A stretch of DNA of 64,000 nt, from NCBI GenBank assembly GCA_013239625.1, contig MU053994.1, positions 685,775 through 749,774 of the forward strand, in the 5' to 3' direction. The notes beneath the pieces are model-generated. The model was given only the letters and a program-made list of their open reading frames with translations, made no database searches and was not told the origin of the DNA. Numbering within the stretch: the first letter of the stretch is position 1; each line of letters begins with the position of its first letter. The position numbers were made by a program, and so were the translations under genes. Positions 27,645 to 40,797 of this stretch are shown here, one piece after another. Source of the stretch: Lama guanicoe. Lineage: Eukaryota.

Positions 27645-28599
27645 CTAGGAAAAAATGCACAAAAAGAATTCATTTCAGTAAGTGAAATATTCACTTAATA
27701 GTATTTAGGGGGTATAATTTTCAACAAGTCTTAACATATTTCATCACATCTTTACGGGACACCACAATGGTACATTCTCAACCTCCACCAGCCTTTTTTC
27801 TTTTACCAATCACAATCATGACTCTTCCCTAAAATAAGACCTTTCTGGGTTTACCCTTCAACACTATCAGCGCTTTGGTAATATGTTATTCTTTTTATTC
27901 AAAGAACAAATTTAGTATTTTACTTTGTTTTGCTACAAGAGGAAAAAAGATGAAAACCAGGATATTATAGAGGAGGACATACATCTACATTCCTGAAGAT
28001 CACAACTCTGGCAAAATGTTAGTGCTGCTGAATGATGGCAGTGGGAGCCCCAGGGGTCTGAGTAGGCAGTTGGATATATGGATCTGCTCCTCAGGGGAGG
28101 CCAGGGCTGTGGACAGGCAGAGTGCAGGTAATAGCTGAAGAGATGAAAGTAGACCCCATAACCCAGGGATTCCAGGTGGGCAGAAGAGAGAGCAGTAAAA
28201 AAGAGAGTGAGGAAAAGCCAAGTGTGAAAGGAAGAGAGCCAGAACTGGGGACTGAGCTTTGTAGGAACAAAATCAGGAAAAACAGGCAGCTCAGAAGTCA
28301 GGGGAGGAAGACATCAAGAAGAAAGTGGCCTACAAGACATATGCAGGAGACATCAAGGAAGACGGTAACTAAAAAGTTCCAAGTGATTTGAGCCCTTTGA
28401 GGATTTAGCCACACAGAAAACAAGACTTCTAAAGAGTGACAATCCAAATAATGGTTTTGACAAGATTCCAAAAACAAAAACAGCTGAGGACTTGGCTCCT
28501 TCAGAAATTGAAATGGTGCTACTAATAATAACTTACCTTTAGCCTTAAAGAATGGAGGAATTAGAGTGAAAAGTTTTAACCCAAAAAGTCAGTGTCTAG

Positions 28600-31500
28600 A
28601 AAGAGTCTATGAACTAAAATGGAAGAACTTCTGTTCCTGCTATTGTGGAGGAATACACATCTTGAAAAATTCTGCCATTACAAAATTCCAAGAGATGCTT
28701 AAGGAAGTATACAAAAGAGAATTTTATAATGTGTAGCTAAGCTCACATAAAATGAAAGGAAATTCTTGTAGGCCAAAAAATGAAGAGGGAGCAGGAAGCC
28801 TCAGAGATGAGTTGAGTATTGAAATGGCATATACTGATCTTATAACTTCAAGTCTTGGATTTTAACAGATTTGACCTCACAAAATATGGAAAATTAGAAC
28901 TGAGACCCTTCCCTACATAAAGTAGGTAACCTCTAGGGACTAGGCCTTTAATGTAAGTCCACCTACAAACATTGAGAGATAACAAAATAACATGTCTCTC
29001 TCAGCCTAACAATGTTTTCCTAATGTGAGCCTGGGGTTCACATCTACATTACTGGTGTGTGTGTGAAACCCTTAACTGAGACATTAAATGAAAGTGGTCC
29101 TGGAATGCTAACAGCCAGAGGAGCTAACAGAGACTAATACAAATTCTCTATGGATGAATTTACCCTAATCTAAGCTTTAAAGAATTTCCACAAAAAGTCC
29201 TGGTTCAACATGAACTCACAATCCAAATTCCAAAACACAGAAGGAAACAAGACACTGTTAGCAAGTCAGACAAAGCAACAAACAGATTTAGGCTCTGAAG
29301 GATGTCTGACATTGGAATAACTAAATACAGAATATAAAATAAGTATGCTTAAATTATTTAAAGGACTAGAATAAAAACCATGAGCATAAAACAATGAGCA
29401 TAAAACAAGATACTAGTTTTTAAAAGATCAGACTGATTTGAAAAAGAATCAAAATAGAATTTTACTTCAAAATGTGAAAAATATAATAACTGAAATTATT
29501 AGAGATTAGTCTCAGCTGAAAAGATACTATGAAACGGACAAGCTCTGAAATTCCCCCAAATATCACTTAGACATAGAAAATATGAATATTTAAAAGACAC
29601 ACACAACAGAATGAAAAGTTTGATTATACTGGAGTTTGAAAGAAGAGAGAGGAAATACTCAAAAATGGATGAGAATTTTCATAAAATGATGAATGATATG
29701 AATTCTCAGATTCAAGAGTCATAATGGATTAGAAGAAAGTTAAAATTAAAAAAACTCACACCTAGGTATCTCATAGTGAAATGAAGCACATCGAAGACAA
29801 ACAAACAATGTAAAAAGCATCCAGAGAGAAATGACAGTTTATATGCTAAGTTACCAGCAATTATACTAAAGCAAATTTCTTAATAGCAACAATGGGAACA
29901 GATCCTAAAAGAAAGTAGCTGTCAACCAGCCATACTATCATTAATTTTCAAGTGAATAGAAACTGAAAAAGTTAACTAAGGAAGAAATTTATGACAGTAA
30001 CTACCAAAGGATTTCTTCAGGAACAATAAAAAGCATTCCAGAAAGGACATCTAAGATATGAAAAGAACAGTAAATAAAGAAAGTGGTATAACAAATAATG
30101 ATACTGGATTGATGAGGCTAAAAAAATTTTAAATACTTGATACAATAACATGTAAAATGAGAAGTGATGATAGGAGAGAAAACCCTTCTAAGATCCTGGT
30201 ATTATCTGGGAAAAAGAATACTAATTAACTTTAGACTTTAGGTATACATGTGCTCCTGGAGAATGTCATTCTAAGTGAAGTAAGCCAGAAAGTGAAAGAA
30301 AAATACCATATGAGATCGCTAATATGTGGAATCAAAAACACAAAAACAAAAAACAAAGCATAAATACAAAACAGAAACAGACTCATAGACATAAAATACA
30401 AACTTGTGGTTCCCAAGGGGGTGGAGAGTGGGAAGGGATAGGCGGGATTTCAAAATTGTAGAATAGATAAACAAGATTATACTGCATAGCACAGGGAAAA
30501 ACACACACAAGATCTTATGGTAGCTCACAGAGGAACAAATGTGACAATGAATATATATATGTTCATGTATAACTGAAAAATTGTGCTCTACATTGGAATT
30601 TGACACAACATTGTAAAATGATTATAAATCAATAAAAAATGTTAAAAAATAAAACACAAGTAAAAATGAAAGAATGAAAACTAGTACAGCTGTATCAATA
30701 TCAGATAAAATAAACTAGCATTTTTAAGAGACAAAGAAGAATACTACCAACAGTAAGATGATAACTTAAACCTAATGGAATCAATAATCAAATTAAATAT
30801 AAATGGTCTAAATGCTCCAATTAAAAGGCAGATATTTTCAGATTAGATAAAAAAGCAACATCCATTTACATGCTGCCTAAATCAAGTGAACTTCAAATGT
30901 AAAATCATAAATGGGTTAAAAGTAAAAGAATATTAAAAGATGATAACTCTCATCAAAAGAAAGCTAGAGTGGTTATATTAATATCAGGTCAAGTAGATTT
31001 TAGAGTAAAGAATATTATTGGGGATAAAGAAGGTCATTTCATAATGATGAAGGGGTTAATTAATTAAGAGGATATAACAAATCCTAAACATTACAGAACC
31101 AAATAACAGCTTTAAGATACATAAAGCAAAAATTAATAGCAGTACAAGGAGAAACAGACAATTCTACAATTATAGTCAGGGATTTTAATACTCTTCTTTC
31201 AATAACAGATAAAACAAGCAGACAGAAAATTAGAAAGGATAGAGAATACCTGAAGAACACTGTTAACTAACCTGATCTAATTGACATTGATAGGACACTC
31301 TACCCAACAACAGTAGCTTCTCAAACTTGTTCTCAAAAGAACATTTACCAAGATAGACCTGATTCTGAGCCATAAAACATGTCTCAATAAATTTAAAAGG
31401 AATCAAGTCATACTAAGTATGTTTTCTAATCACAATGTGATTAAATTAGAAATTAATAACATAAAGATCACTTGAAAAACTCCTAAACATGTTAAACGGG

Positions 31501-32565
31501 GGAAATTAAATAACCCATGAGTCAAAGAAATCAAAGGGGAAATGATAAAGTATTTTGAACTGAATGAAGATAAAAACAACATATCAAGTACTTCAGGGGA
31601 AATTTATAGCACAAAAAGCCTATTATCAGTGACCTAAACTTCCATGGTAAGGAAAATTCAACAAAATGTTGCTAAAGGAACTTTGAGAAGACATCAATAA
31701 ATAAATAAAGAGAAATTTCATGTTCATGAATTACGAGACTTAGTATGTTAATTCTTCCCAAATTCATATGTAGAGTCAAAACAATCCCCAAACAGAATCC
31801 CAGCAGGCATTTCTTTCCCAATAATTGACAAACTGATTGTAAAAATTCACATGGAAATACAAAGGGTCTAGTATAGTCAAAATAAGTCTGAAAAGGAGCA
31901 AAGTTGATTAACAGTTCCTGATTTCAAGACTTATAAGCTTCAGTAATCAAGACAGTGTGGTACTGGCACAAGATAAACAGATCGAAGGAACAGAATAGAG
32001 TCCAGAAACAGGCTCACATAAAAAAAAATCAATTTATTTCTGGCAAAGGTATGAAGACAATATAGTAGAGAAAATATAGCCTTTTTATTTCAACAAATGG
32101 TGCTAGAACAATTGGATGTCCATATGCAAAAATAATTTCAATCCACACCCTTACCATATAAGAAATTAACTCAAAATGGAATACTACTCAGCAATATAAA
32201 GGAATGAATTGCTGATACATGCATGGATGAATCTCAGAACAGTTACGCTGAGTGAAGGAAGACAAACCAAGAAAAAAAGAGTACACAGTATAGGATTTCA
32301 TTTACATAAAAATCTAGAACATGTAAAATGTAGGATGACAGAAAACAGATCAGTGATTTGCTGAGTATGGCAGGGGGCTGGGGGTGTAGACAGGGATCAC
32401 AAAGAGCCACAAAGAACCTCCTGCTGATAACGGCACTTTTCACTCTCTTGATCGTGCTTGATTATGCTTTCACAAGTGTATATTTATGTCAAAACTAATC
32501 AAATTATGTACTTTAAATATGTATAGTTCATTTCAATTATATCTCAATAAAGCTATTTTTAAAAA
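28600..32565 (+). mobile_element. Old, fragmented L1 sequence (ORF1, ORF2, 3' end) in RPGR intron 18
   Basis: A-rich decayed L1 text including endonuclease-region motifs (aaatggtctaaatgctccaattaaaaggcag) and an old 3' end ...tatctcaataaagct. Confidence 0.75.
30249..30655 (+). mobile_element. Young L1 3' end
   Basis: High similarity to 2953-3350; no TSD visible. Confidence 0.92.
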
Positions 32566-32645
32566 TGCAGGGGAGCAATTATTGGGTAGGTCTGAAAGAG
32601 GCTGTCTCAGGTTTTAAGCCTGGGAAAAACTGACAGTAACAGGAG

Positions 32646-32685
32646 ACCATATACCATATACCATATACCATATACCATATACCAT
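32646..32685. repeat. (ACCATAT)n heptamer tandem repeat, about 5.7 units
   Basis: accatat repeated directly in the sequence. Confidence 0.9.
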
Positions 32686-34779
32686 ACCTCAGAATTCCCT
32701 CACTATAGAGGAAAGCCAACTGTGTACCTGAGGCAAACGTGCTGAGTTGTTCTCCCATGGTGAACAAAGCGTAGCATCAGAGAGAAGGCAGTTTCCAGGA
32801 AAGGCAAGAATCCACAGGCATAATTTTTCGTGGAGAAATTCTCACTTCAGTCTCATATTTATGGTAGTGGCAATGAATAAGAAATCTACTGACTGTGAAC
32901 TGGCATGGGGAACTATCTAGGAATCTGCCATGTTCTAGCTAGTTTCTGAGGGATGGCACTGGATTTTTAACATCTGCGACCGTAGCATTCAGCCTTGTGC
33001 CTGGCACATAAGAGGCACCCAGTAAATATATACTAAATAAATACATGAAAAAATTAATTCCATGATGGGAAATTATTTTTAATATCTGAAAAACTTACTG
33101 CTTTTTTCATTAGCTTACTTAGGTGGAAATTAAGCCAACAGCACATTTTCCTTAGTGGCTAACTGTGGATCCAAATTTGCTACAGCTTGGAAAAGCAATA
33201 TTTGGTAATTTCCAGATATAGCAGTCATTAAAAGATCTCTGCTGATGATTAAAATCATGGGTCCTAACTTGGCTATCTGAAACAAAAATCATCCAAACAA
33301 AATTCAAAGGTGAATTCTGTCTTGTAGACACCAAGAGTGTAATTTTTTCTTTTCTTTTTTTGAAGATTATCTTTGGAGTGACTATCTAATTAAGGGATGG
33401 AATGCAAAGTTTCAAACATGTTTATTTTGATATGAGTTAATGCATCATTTATTTTCCAAGATTTAAAAATAGTTTGATTTGTTTGGCTTAGATGGTGTAA
33501 ATAGGTTAGGGATATTGTAGATTAAAACACATCATGTGGGAATGACTGAAGAAAACCTCATCCAAATCATCTATTTCCTATTTAAAATATGCAGAATAAC
33601 AGACTATTCTTTAAGTAGGAAATATATTATTACTGCTTGACTTTTTAAATATAATTTTCATAACTTTTTGTTTCTTTCCTTTAACCAAGGAAATGTATAC
33701 TTACTGAAACTAATTTTTCCATTAGGTATAAATGAGAATTTAAGCAGAATCAAAGTTTAAGACCAAATTCTTCAGCCTGGCACTCTGTATCCTGGCCCAA
33801 CCTCACCTTTGTGCCATGGACTTGTAGGGCTCCCTGCTTGGCCTGCTGCCACAGGTGTGTGCCACCTGACTCCCACACAGCATTCTTTCCCTGGCTCAGC
33901 CCTCCCCTGTCCTGTGCATCCAAATCTACCACCTAAGGACAATGCTGAAGACTGGAGAACCTAAAAAGTTCCTGAAACTTGATCACGTATTCTAGAATAT
34001 GCATTTTGGTCAGAGGTGTACTTCAACTATTTTTCCTGCTGCTTCACTTCACTTTTCCTCTTCCTGAGGTTCTTATGTCTCCTGACTCCTTTTCTTTTCA
34101 ACCCTCTCCCACATATTTAACTTTCTTTTCCAGAGTCTTTCCCTGAGCTCTCATAATTAGAAAAAAGTTTTCACAGGAACGCTATGAGTAGAGTAAAATA
34201 TCTGTTAAATGTTCTGCTCTACTTGACAGAGAATATAAAATGTTCCTAAACTTTGATGAAATGTTTTGGTGTTATATGTTATAATTCTAAGAATAATAAT
34301 AATTCTGAAGTGTCCTTTGAGCAAGTCACAGATATCTTTTGGGTATGGTAATCTAAACTTACAATTTTATAAAGGTAAAATGGTCATGAAGTAATTTTTA
34401 GTAAAAGATAACAATACAGAGATTTGGGCTAAAAGAACTTTTGAAATTTCTGAAGTAATTCTGAAAGGAATTTCAGAGTGGCATACACCCAAAGACAGGC
34501 TGTTTGCTACTCTAAAGGCGGCTCCTGGTTTTACCTTCATCCTTTCCTTTTTTTTTTTTAACCTCCTTACATTTTACAATTCGTTGTCAACCAAAAATAT
34601 TTATGGAGCATTTACCATGTACCAGGAACTGTGCTAAGTGCTAAGGACACACTGGAAAGCAAAACAGAAAATAGTTTCTGTCCCCATGGAACAGAAGGCC
34701 AATGGGGAGACAGAGAAATAAAGTAAATAAAAATACAAATGACTATGTGTTTATAAATTGTGATAAATAAGTGGAAGGA

Positions 34780-34917
34780 GAGGGGAGGGCATAGCTCAGT
34801 GGTAGAGTGCATGCTTACCATGTATGAGGTCCTGGTTCAATCCCCAGTACCGCCACTTAATAAACAAACAAACAAACAAACCTAATTACCTCCCCCCTCA
34901 TGCAAAAAAGAAAAAAA
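34780..34917 (+). mobile_element. tRNA-derived SINE (camelid type)
   Basis: gcatagctcagtggtagagtgc...ggttcaatccccagtacc, (aaac)n, A-rich tail. Confidence 0.9.
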
Positions 34918-35636
34918 GGATAAGAAAAGGGTATTATGTGAGAGAATAATAATGGGACATAATAATTTATATAAGTGCAGCTGTTCACAAAAGGTCTCTG
35001 TGTGGAAATGACATTTAAGCTGAGACCTAAAGTTGAATAGGAATTAACAAAGTCGTTCATTTTCCTTCTCTTTCATGTTTCCTCCTAACACTTCCACCTG
35101 GAAATTTGATTTCATGATTAAATACAGTTCTTCTGCAAGTGGGAAGAGTAACTTACTTCCAAGAAGAAGAAATGTATCCATCAGACTTTTAACAACTCCA
35201 AAACAGGTATTAGTCAGGAGAGACTGGAGTAGCATGTTGTAATGTTTTCTAAGCACAATCATCTTTATTTTTTTCATTCATCCTATGTTTTGGCTTTGCC
35301 TTACTCACTTCTAGATTCTCAGGATATTATACTGTTATAATTTAAGCAATAGAGTTCTTTTACATACCTTTTATTGTATGATGAATCAGCATGGATGGGG
35401 TGATTGAAAGGAACACGCTATTACATTTTGGCAGAGCAACCTAACTCCTAATCTAAAGTCTAGTAAGTAAATATGCACATTAAAATGTGAAACATCACCT
35501 GAAATTCTTTGTATGTTCCTGGGCCATAAAAACTCATATTACAGGAGTTAAATTATGTATATCACTATACAAAAAGTAGAAGAAGCAATTCAATACTTTG
35601 GCCTTAACACTAAAATGAAACATTCATTTCACTTAC

Positions 35637-35728
35637 CTTCTTTGATTTGTTTATGTCTTTACTTGGTGTTGATTCGCTATCTTCCAGGATTTCTGAAGAA
35701 CTGCTCTGTGCACGATCACGCATATTTC
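35637..35728 (-). CDS. RPGR: RPGR exon 18
   Basis: attgtag|GAAATATG...AAGAAG|gtaagt; 92 nt (58+92=150); (G)NMRDRAQSSSSEILEDSESTPSKDINKSKK. Confidence 0.94.
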
Positions 35729-37031
35729 CTACAATAGGATATATTTAGAAATATTCTTTCTAACTAATGAGAAAAAGAAAAGTCCTGATTCTTTCAGTGA
35801 AACGCTGTCAACCCTGAATTATGTGATAACACTGAAGAGTAGTGAACAAGGTCCACTGCGTATTTCCTGAAAAGTTGAGGCAAAAATCCCATAATGACCT
35901 GAACAATATTATAAATATTTAGATGCCCAGTACCCAAATAGAGCAAAGGTAACAGTAAATGTTTTGGAAGACTTCTGTAAAATATAAATTACCTTTTTTA
36001 AAAATTAACCTAGTTGTAATGAAATTATCTGTACCCAAATGGACATGCTATTTTTTGGTGTTTCAAATTAATCCACATGTAATATAGTTGACTAATGATC
36101 TCTAAAATATACCCATGAAGCATATACATTCTTCTAATTTCATATTATCAATGACTTAAATCTTATATTTAATTTCTTTTTAACAGGCTATATATGCTAA
36201 GAATAGTTAGAGATGGCAAATATTTTAACATTTTCTGTAAAATATTTTGAAACTTACTACTCTTTCTGCAGAAGTTAGAAGGAAAAAAGTATTAGGGGAA
36301 CTACTTCTTCTGCTTAAGTTCAGATCAGATATCCACTACTATGGCTATCTTGTTATTTGTAATGAGAACACAGCAAAAGGCACACTGTGATGTGATGGTG
36401 TGGAAACATAATACAGGGGTCGTACAGCAAAAACAATGATGATTTGGGTGTAGAAACTGTAGGATTCAAAGGCAATCACAATCTCCTCTGTTTTGTGGCA
36501 CCTGTTCTCTGACATCAAGAGCAAGGCTTAGGAAAGGACTCCTCTGAAATGTCTGTGGTGAGATCAGAGACTCAGGTCTGGGCGCTGGGGGAAATAACTG
36601 GATGGCATGCTGTGGCTACAGGCCATCCTGGACATTGGCGATGGGGACTGGCAGTGCTCACCAGACATACAAATTGAGATCTAGGACAAAAGCCCAACTT
36701 AATAATACTGATTGAAAAGGAAAAGAAAGTAGTAAAAACGTTGTTCTAAACCACTTAACACTGACACATGAGCAGCCATGAGTGATGCGAATATTTTTAC
36801 GTGAAGAAGCTGTGGTGGTTATCAATGAGAACACATAAGCCTGTGCCACATATCTCATAGCTTATTATGATGGTCACATGACAATAAAGTATAAAATAGA
36901 ATTCATGTGTGTAAGCTATACTCAGTTACAGCACATATATGTAGATATATATCTATATGTACATATGGATACAGTATGCCATGTATCTAGCCTTTTTAAA
37001 AGTATGCTTTTGAAGTCAAATATGCTCACAC

Positions 37032-37089
37032 CTTTTGGATTTTCATTGTATTCATGAATGGCCCGTTCCTCTTGTTTGGCTTTTTTGTC
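37032..37089 (-). CDS. RPGR: RPGR exon 17
   Basis: tttatag|GACAAAAAA...CCAAAAG|gtgtga; 58 nt; DKKAKQEERAIHEYNENPK(G). Confidence 0.92.
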
Positions 37090-38531
37090 CTATAAACAAT
37101 AAGAAACAATATAATAAAAAACATATCTGTGCCGGGCTAGAAAACCAAGTCTTGGTTTTAAGCAGGGTTCTAGAGTTGGCCTCTAGCTAACAACATAAAC
37201 ATGTGACAGTTACTTCTCTTTGCCGGACTCTTGCCTTAGATGCTGAGTGATTGGTAATGTCCCTCTTAGCTTAAAATTGCATGATTAGCAAAAATTATAT
37301 ATTCAAGAATTCTACTCAGAGAGGATTCAGCAACATTAATTGTTGTATGAATTAGCTCAACATTTTATAATCAAATTGGAGTTTAATGAGTTCTATGCTA
37401 ATTTAGGGACCACCCTAACTGGAACTTATAAATGTTCCTTATAAAACAGAATGTTTCTCTCCCTCTGAAAGAAAACAGTAACTGCTAAGACATGTTTTTT
37501 TCTCAGTGAGAGAAAGGAGTCTTGGAAAAAGAAGGAATCAAGGAAGAGAATGAACTCTGTAGCACAATACCATTTCATAAATTAAAAATACATAGACATG
37601 TAACAACAATACATGTTTTACAAGTACACATTCAAATAAAAGGACAAGCATGTGTCAATGGTTTCTACGTTAGGGAAAAGGGGAATGGGGCTCAAAGGGA
37701 GTCAATTTAAATAAAGAGAGAAGAGCCTCACACAGACCAGTGATGATGATGTTTCATCAATGAGAAGGCATGATTAACTCAGGGCTCTTTGCAAGAGGTC
37801 CAAAAAAATGAAAATGAAGATGAATCAATGCAGTATCATTCAGGTTGGGTTTCTGAATTCCATACCTCCAAAATGAATCTGGACTAGCGCTAGCAAATGA
37901 AGGATTTCAAACCTACCAACTGTCTCCTAGCAGGGTCACTCTTAGGCAAAACTGCCAAATGGAAGAGATGTTCTTGGCATCCCTAGCTCCACTTTCAGGA
38001 TGACTTTCTCTTCCTCAGGGATGCCTCCTCCCATTCCTCCTATAAATACTTTCTTCTAGAACACATCTGTGCAAAACTGATCACAACCTCAAACACTGCT
38101 ATGAGCAGCTTTCATTTGTCCATATGCATGTAAATATACACACGTATGCCTGCAAACACACCTCATTTCTGCTATCAGTACAGGGCTGCTAACATTGTAA
38201 TTTTATCATTTCAAGCACCCACTGCTGATCTTGGTTTATTTCTCAACAGTGTACTATACTGGCCCATAACAACTGACTTCCACTCATGTGAGGAACAGAA
38301 AGCTACCAACAAGTGTGGAAAGAATGCTAGAAAAAAAGGGGTGCCTGATCCATAAATTCATCAAAGCTTTTCCTCTAGCACATGGACAAGGTTATTCATA
38401 GAAGTATTTCTGTTTTCCAAGGAAGTTGGAATCTGCCCTCTGCAGAAACCAGGGGACCCATATGCTTTCTCTTAGGCAGGATCTCAGGATTTAAGCATGT
38501 ATCTTCATATCTTTTCAATGACTGTCAATAC

Positions 38532-38678
38532 CTTTTTAACTGAGATGTCAGTGGTTTTACTATGGTCATCTGCAGGAGCACTCTTATTGCCACCTGGAGC
38601 TTTCTTTCTGCCTTCTAGATATTCCTCAATATCCTTATTCACATCTTCTAGTTCTTCATCTTCTGAAAATTCATGATC
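38532..38678 (-). CDS. RPGR: RPGR exon 16 (3' boundary inferred)
   Basis: gtcacag|GATCATGAA...AAAAAG|gtattg; 147 nt; DHEFSEDEELEDV...DISVKK; donor choice discussed in findings. Confidence 0.85.
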
Positions 38679-40759
38679 CTGTGACAAATTTGATAATCAG
38701 GGAAGAGTTAAAATATTTTTTTAAAAAAACCCCAGAGATTTGATATTGCTGTCACAAATAATTTATAGCATCTCAAAGAACACATAGACTATGAATTCAA
38801 ATATTAAAGTCAAGAACTAAAATACTGCATAATCCATGCTGCATGTCATTACTACCTCACCAAGGATTTCATGCATGTTGCTCTATTTCAACATTTTCAA
38901 TGACTAGGGTTCCCAAAGTTCTTTTAGCACCTATTGTAAGGTTAAAATGAAAAAGAAAAATGCTTTCTGGGCTGTCTCATAAGGATGCTTTTAAATCTTA
39001 GAGAAGTTAAAAAGCTTTCTACCTACTGTAGCATTATAACATAATCATCTCTATATGTTATGTTCATTTTCCAAAACATAGTGATTTAAAATCACTTCAG
39101 AAGTATAATTCACCAATATTCACAAGAGAGAGGTAACTATAATTACTTACATTCTGGGAAAAAGATAAAGCAGTTTAAGTAGGCAGTTTAAGTGGTTTGC
39201 TCAAAGCAGATGGAAAACCAAACAGAGGCAGAATTTAGTCCATCTGGCTCCTGTCCAGCTAATCCAAACTATGGAACAGCTTGTATATAAATTTGATAGG
39301 TAAATCATGTAATGCATATTAATTACTAATGCTTAATAGGCAAAAATATTAGTTTTACTCTTTATTCTACACTGAGGGTTTTTTTTCCCTGCCATTTCAT
39401 GTTTTGGGTGGAATAATGATTATTTTTTGTCATACTAGACTCCTTATTGGATATTTTTTCCTATACTTTTCATTTATACATTTCACTAAAGGCATAACGA
39501 CCCCTAAAATAGATGACACAGTAAGTAATCTGTGCCATTCACTCCTTTGAAGAAAGTTTTTATAAAGTTCACCTTGGCCATACTTGCCTGAGACCATATA
39601 TACCCTGTATGTCCCTTCAACACTGTAAGTAACTTCTCATGGTCAGCTTCCTACTGGCCACTGGGCTAAGGATAAGGCTGACACCCAACAGAATCTTTTC
39701 TGGGTGGTTTGAAAAGAACGCCTCTAATAATTAACTCACCTTTTCTTTTTCTGGCAAAAATACAAAATATGAGAGTTCAGGCTAGGGAGAGAATGTAATT
39801 ATATTTCACACCTTGTAAGAGATATAAGTGGCATCCTCAGGCCAGTAGCACTAAGGGTATGGCCTAATAGCATTCCACTGAGGACAAGCAATCCAGAAGT
39901 GAAGCCTTCAGATTTAAAAAAGAATTTCAGAAGTTACTCTGGGAGGGCTTAACTTAGGTTCAAGGTCTTGAGGCAGTGCACTTGGGAGGGGAACACAGGA
40001 GAGGGGAACAGAGTACTGAGGTAGGGAGGTATATTAAAGGATGTGCTACACGTTTAGGTTGGGTAGGGTTAACGACAAGGTAGCTACCATTTACCAAGAA
40101 CATCTAAAGCTTTTTCTTTTCTTCTGCATGAATTCCCCTCTAAGTGACTTATATATTATGGCTAGCCAGATGCACATTACAGGTAGCTAAAATGATCGGA
40201 GATCACTTTACTTTGGAGGGGAATGGGAAGCAAGATTACTAGATTTAAGACTTAGGCCTGATAAACAGATGTATTCATAAATGTGCATATATGATGGCCA
40301 ACTAGAAAGAACAGAGCTCCTGAGACAGAGAATTTCAGATTGCCCATTTATCCCCCAGAGGGTGGGTCAGTGAGCTGTTTTCTATCAAAGTCATTACCTG
40401 GAGAGTTTGACTAATCTAGGACCTGGGTCAACTCCAATTGTGCCAGTTTACTAAGGTATTAATGTAACCATAGGATATCATGCTATTACAAAAAGAAACA
40501 TGGAGCTTTACCTTATTTTAGAAATATGCAAAGCACTCATCCCTTTTATAATGAACTAGTTTTACTCATTAACCTTATATAAATGTATAACAATGAACCT
40601 TTGGAACTATACCATTTTCTAAGTTTGAGGATACTCTTGGAAAATGGCACTTACAGTAGAAATCACATCATCAATTGTAGCACTTGGCACTAAATTAAGC
40701 ACACATAAATTAATCTATATACATCTGGACAACTACTTTAAGTCACATATAGCACTTAC

Positions 40760-40797
40760 CTTCAAACTGAAACAGTTTAGGAGAGATTGGCAGAATA
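40760..40797 (-). CDS. RPGR: RPGR alternative exon 15a homologue (stop-containing)
   Basis: atgacag|TATTCTGCCAATCTCTCCTAAACTGTTTCAGTTTGAAG|gtaagt; 38 nt; reads YSANLS*; resembles the human 15a peptide YSASHSQIVSV* as recalled. Confidence 0.75.

Noticed and set aside
29380..29408. 14-bp direct repeat atgagcataaaaca
   Set aside because: Small slippage duplication in an old L1 with no functional cue.
32646..32685. Regular repeat as a possible array-type element
   Set aside because: Simple 7-mer tandem repeat with no spacers; nothing CRISPR-like in this eukaryotic window.
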